This document shows positions 8,223 through 10,594 of a DNA stretch of 10,594 nt, in pieces; positions within the stretch are counted from its first letter, which is position 1; every line of letters starts with the position of its first letter. A model generated the notes under the pieces. It saw only the letters and a list, made by a program, of their open reading frames with translations, did not search any database and was not told where the DNA came from. This DNA is from Bdellovibrionales bacterium. Lineage in GTDB: Bacteria > Bdellovibrionota > Bdellovibrionia > Bdellovibrionales > UBA1609. Made by a program: the position numbers and the translations under genes. The stretch spans positions 1 through 10,594 of the forward strand of contig JBFWVI010000078.1 of the NCBI GenBank assembly GCA_050246815.1. The letters run 5' to 3'.

Positions 8223-9272
8223 GTGTTTTGGGGATCAAAGAAAGTCTTAGGACTCGACATAGGGACAAGTACTATCAAAATGGCAGAAGTGGATGTGGGT
8301 CGTAGTGGAGCCACGCTCACCGCCTTTGCTATGACGGCCACACCCAGCGGCGCGGTGGCGGCCGGAGACATTCTCGACCCAGGTGCAGTTGCACAGGCCG
8401 TGGCCGGACTTTTTCAGGAACTTCGTTCTAAGCGAAAGCAAGTTGCGGTCGGCTTGTGGGGCAGTTCCGTGATCGTCAAAAAAATCAGCATTCCCCGCAT
8501 GGAAGAAAAAGTGGTCGGTGAACAAATTCGTTGGGAAGCCGAGCAATACATCCCCTTCGACATCAACGAAGTGAATTTGGCTTTCAAAATTTTGAAAGGT
8601 CTGCCGCAAAATGCCGAGACCATGGACATTTTGATTATTGCCGCCCGGCAAGAGCAGGCATTCAAGTACGCCGAGATCGTGCAGTCGGCAGGGTTGCAGT
8701 GCACGATTTTGGATGTGGGTGGTTTTGCTTTGGCCAATTGTTTCGAGGCCAACTATGGCGTGATGCCCGGCGAAGCCGTGGCGCTACTCAACATCGGCGC
8801 CAGTGTCACCAACTTGGTGGTCGTGGAAAGCGGTGAAGTGGTGTTTTGTCGCGACGTTCCGGTCGGCGGTTTAACTCACACAGGCGAGATTCAAAAAGCT
8901 TTGTCGATCAGCTCAGAAGAAGCGGAGTCGATGAAGCTGAGTGCTTGCATTGGCCAAGAGGCGCCAGAGGAAGTTCCCAACATTTTACGCGCGGCCAATG
9001 AAATCGTCAGCGACGAGATTCAAGGAAGTTTTGATTTTTTCATGAACACCAACGCCAACACCGCTTTGAAGCGCTGTTATGTGACGGGCGGCGGAGCCCG
9101 AGTGCCCGGCTTGATCGAGCACATGAGCAAGGCCTTGAATATTCCATGTGAGCCGATGAATGCCATGAATCGTGTGAACGGGGGCAAGTCACTCAGTCCT
9201 GGGTATCTTGCCGATGTGGCGGACTTTTTGGCGGTGAGTTTGGGCTTGGGCCTACGCAAGCAGGATGATTAA
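8223..9272 (+). CDS. pilM: Type IV pilus assembly protein PilM (actin-like, FtsA-related)
   Basis: GLDIGTSTIK phosphate motif, VIVKKI, IRWEAEQYIPF (PilM hallmark), NIGA, TGGG, C-terminal GLGLR. GTG start, TAATG overlap with pilN. Confidence 0.96.
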   Translation: MFWGSKKVLGLDIGTSTIKMAEVDVGRSGATLTAFAMTATPSGAVAAGDILDPGAVAQAVAGLFQELRSKRKQVAVGLWGSSVIVKKISIPRMEEKVVGEQIRWEAEQYIPFDINEVNLAFKILKGLPQNAETMDILIIAARQEQAFKYAEIVQSAGLQCTILDVGGFALANCFEANYGVMPGEAVALLNIGASVTNLVVVESGEVVFCRDVPVGGLTHTGEIQKALSISSEEAESMKLSACIGQEAPEEVPNILRAANEIVSDEIQGSFDFFMNTNANTALKRCYVTGGGARVPGLIEHMSKALNIPCEPMNAMNRVNGGKSLSPGYLADVADFLAVSLGLGLRKQDD

Positions 9273-9928
9273 TGATTAAGGTCAATCTGCTGCAAAACCG
9301 GGGATCTTCAGCGCGCACGCAAGTGGGCATGACCGGCGTCGGCGGTACGGCCACGGATTTCATGGGCACCTCGAGTGGTACCGCCAGCGGCACGGCTGGC
9401 TACACCGGCTCGATGTCTGGCGCAAACAATAAACGTTTAGTTATCAACTTGATTGTCGTGATGTTGATTCCAGGGGCCTTGATCTATTACGAACGCTCCA
9501 ACCTTGAAGAGCTGCGCCACCATGCCAATATCACCAACGCCGAAGTGGCCGAGCTGCAAAATCAAATTGAACAAAAGAAAACTCAGATCGCGCAATCCGT
9601 CGAACTGAAAGAAAAGGCCAAAGAGTTGGCCAATAAAATTGACATCTTGAAAAAACTCTCACGCATTCGTTTGCGCGAGATCAAAGCCCTGGATTTCATT
9701 CAGGCCAGCATGCCCGAAAAAGTTTGGCTGCGTGAAATGTCGTTCAAATCAGGCGCACTGCTGATCCGCGGCTATTCGATGACCGACGATGATCTGACCA
9801 TGTTCGTACGTTCTCTTGAAAAAAGCCGTAACTTTTCAAGCGTTGTGTTGCTGCAGGCGAAAGAAGAGCGCAGCAAAGATGGTGCGGTGAAAAACTTCGA
9901 GGTCAGCTGCAACGTGGAGGCCGAGTGA
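9272..9928 (+). CDS. pilN: Type IV pilus assembly protein PilN
   Basis: N-terminal IKVNLL resembles the PilM-binding INLLP motif. It is followed by one TM segment (about aa 56-73), a coiled coil, and a MPEKVWL...GYS...FVRSLEKSRNFSSV ferredoxin-like domain. Located after pilM. Confidence 0.9.
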   Translation: MIKVNLLQNRGSSARTQVGMTGVGGTATDFMGTSSGTASGTAGYTGSMSGANNKRLVINLIVVMLIPGALIYYERSNLEELRHHANITNAEVAELQNQIEQKKTQIAQSVELKEKAKELANKIDILKKLSRIRLREIKALDFIQASMPEKVWLREMSFKSGALLIRGYSMTDDDLTMFVRSLEKSRNFSSVVLLQAKEERSKDGAVKNFEVSCNVEAE

Positions 9929-10512
9929 GCGCGCTAGCTAAATTCGGCGATATGCCACTTAGTCGGGTGCTGATCATCGCGATCGTTTTGGCGGGCCTTT
10001 ATTACTTGGTCGGTTATGACACCGGCGAGACCTTTAAAAACGCAACCGTGGCGGCTTTACAAGCCAAGGATGATTTGGGCAAAGAGATGGTCAAAATCGA
10101 TCGTGAATTGGATGAAATCAACCAGTTGAAGGCGGCGCAAGAGCGTGATTCCGAGCGCCTGAATGTGCTTTTGGGTTATATCCCCGAGCGTCTGACCAAA
10201 ACCGAACTGATGCGAACTTTGGGCAATGAGGCTAAATCAGTCGGGGTCAGCATCAACCAGATCCGCGACAATTCCGGGGTCGGTAAAAAATCCGAATTTT
10301 ACGAAGAGGTCGGCGTCGACGTGGATTTGGCGGGGAACTTCTCGCAGTTGATGCTGTTCATGGCGAATTTGACCAAACTCAATCAGATTTTATCGGTCGA
10401 AACACTCGAGCTTCGCTCCCAGGGTACGGGCGATGCAGACAGCCTGACGATGTCGTCCTCGATACGCGGCTATCGTTACACTCCCAAAAGCCAACCGGGG
10501 GCGGCACAGTGA
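9925..10512 (+). CDS. pilO: Type IV pilus assembly protein PilO
   Basis: N-terminal TM segment, coiled coil, then IP...LMRTL, EFYEEVGVDVDLAGNFSQLMLFM and a terminal YRY, all PilO-like. GTGA overlap with pilN. Confidence 0.9.
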   Translation: MSALAKFGDMPLSRVLIIAIVLAGLYYLVGYDTGETFKNATVAALQAKDDLGKEMVKIDRELDEINQLKAAQERDSERLNVLLGYIPERLTKTELMRTLGNEAKSVGVSINQIRDNSGVGKKSEFYEEVGVDVDLAGNFSQLMLFMANLTKLNQILSVETLELRSQGTGDADSLTMSSSIRGYRYTPKSQPGAAQ

Positions 10513-10594
10513 TTCGCCGCACTTCTTTTTTCTTACTCTTTCAGATGGTGTTGGCCAGTGTGGCCTGGGCCCAACCCGCGCCGCCGCCACCACC
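10509..10594 (+). CDS. pilP: Probable PilP, N-terminus only (3'-truncated by the window edge; not in the ORF track)
   Basis: GTG 10509 overlaps the pilO stop (GTGA). My translation is MIRRTSFFLLFQMVLASVAWAQPAPPPP, open to the window end: a signal peptide followed by a Pro-rich stretch. Identity rests only on the conserved pilMNOPQ order. Confidence 0.65.
   Translation, partial: MIRRTSFFLLFQMVLASVAWAQPAPPPP

Noticed and set aside
329..10593. Many 60-150 aa alternative-frame and minus-strand ORFs in the ORF track (e.g. 7000-7452, 8247-8651, 10390-10593)
   Set aside because: They overlap well-supported + strand genes almost entirely and show no recognisable motifs, consistent with shadow ORFs.

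Overview
A dense, single-strand (+) chromosomal region with two adjacent gene blocks. Block 1 covers pyrimidine/carbamoyl-phosphate biosynthesis: 5'-truncated pyrB, carA, a 218-aa soluble protein of unknown function, and carB. Block 2 is a type IVa pilus locus: PilH-like ABC ATPase, PilI-like ABC permease, prepilin peptidase pilD, then pilM-pilN-pilO and the first 28 codons of a probable pilP that the ORF track missed. From memory, the pilH-pilI-pilD-pilMNOP order matches the Bdellovibrio bacteriovorus pil locus and resembles myxobacterial loci, so Bdellovibrionota or a relative is the likely source (inference, not checked). I see no RNA genes, CRISPR arrays, mobile elements or defence systems, and no convincing new biological system. 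The best leads are: the uncharacterised gene coupled between carA and carB; a promoter plus RBS-occluding hairpin at the carB-pilH junction; a probable PilP with a non-lipoprotein signal peptide; a long Gly/Ser/Thr-rich cytoplasmic insert in PilN; and a perfect palindrome overlapping the putative pilM promoter.
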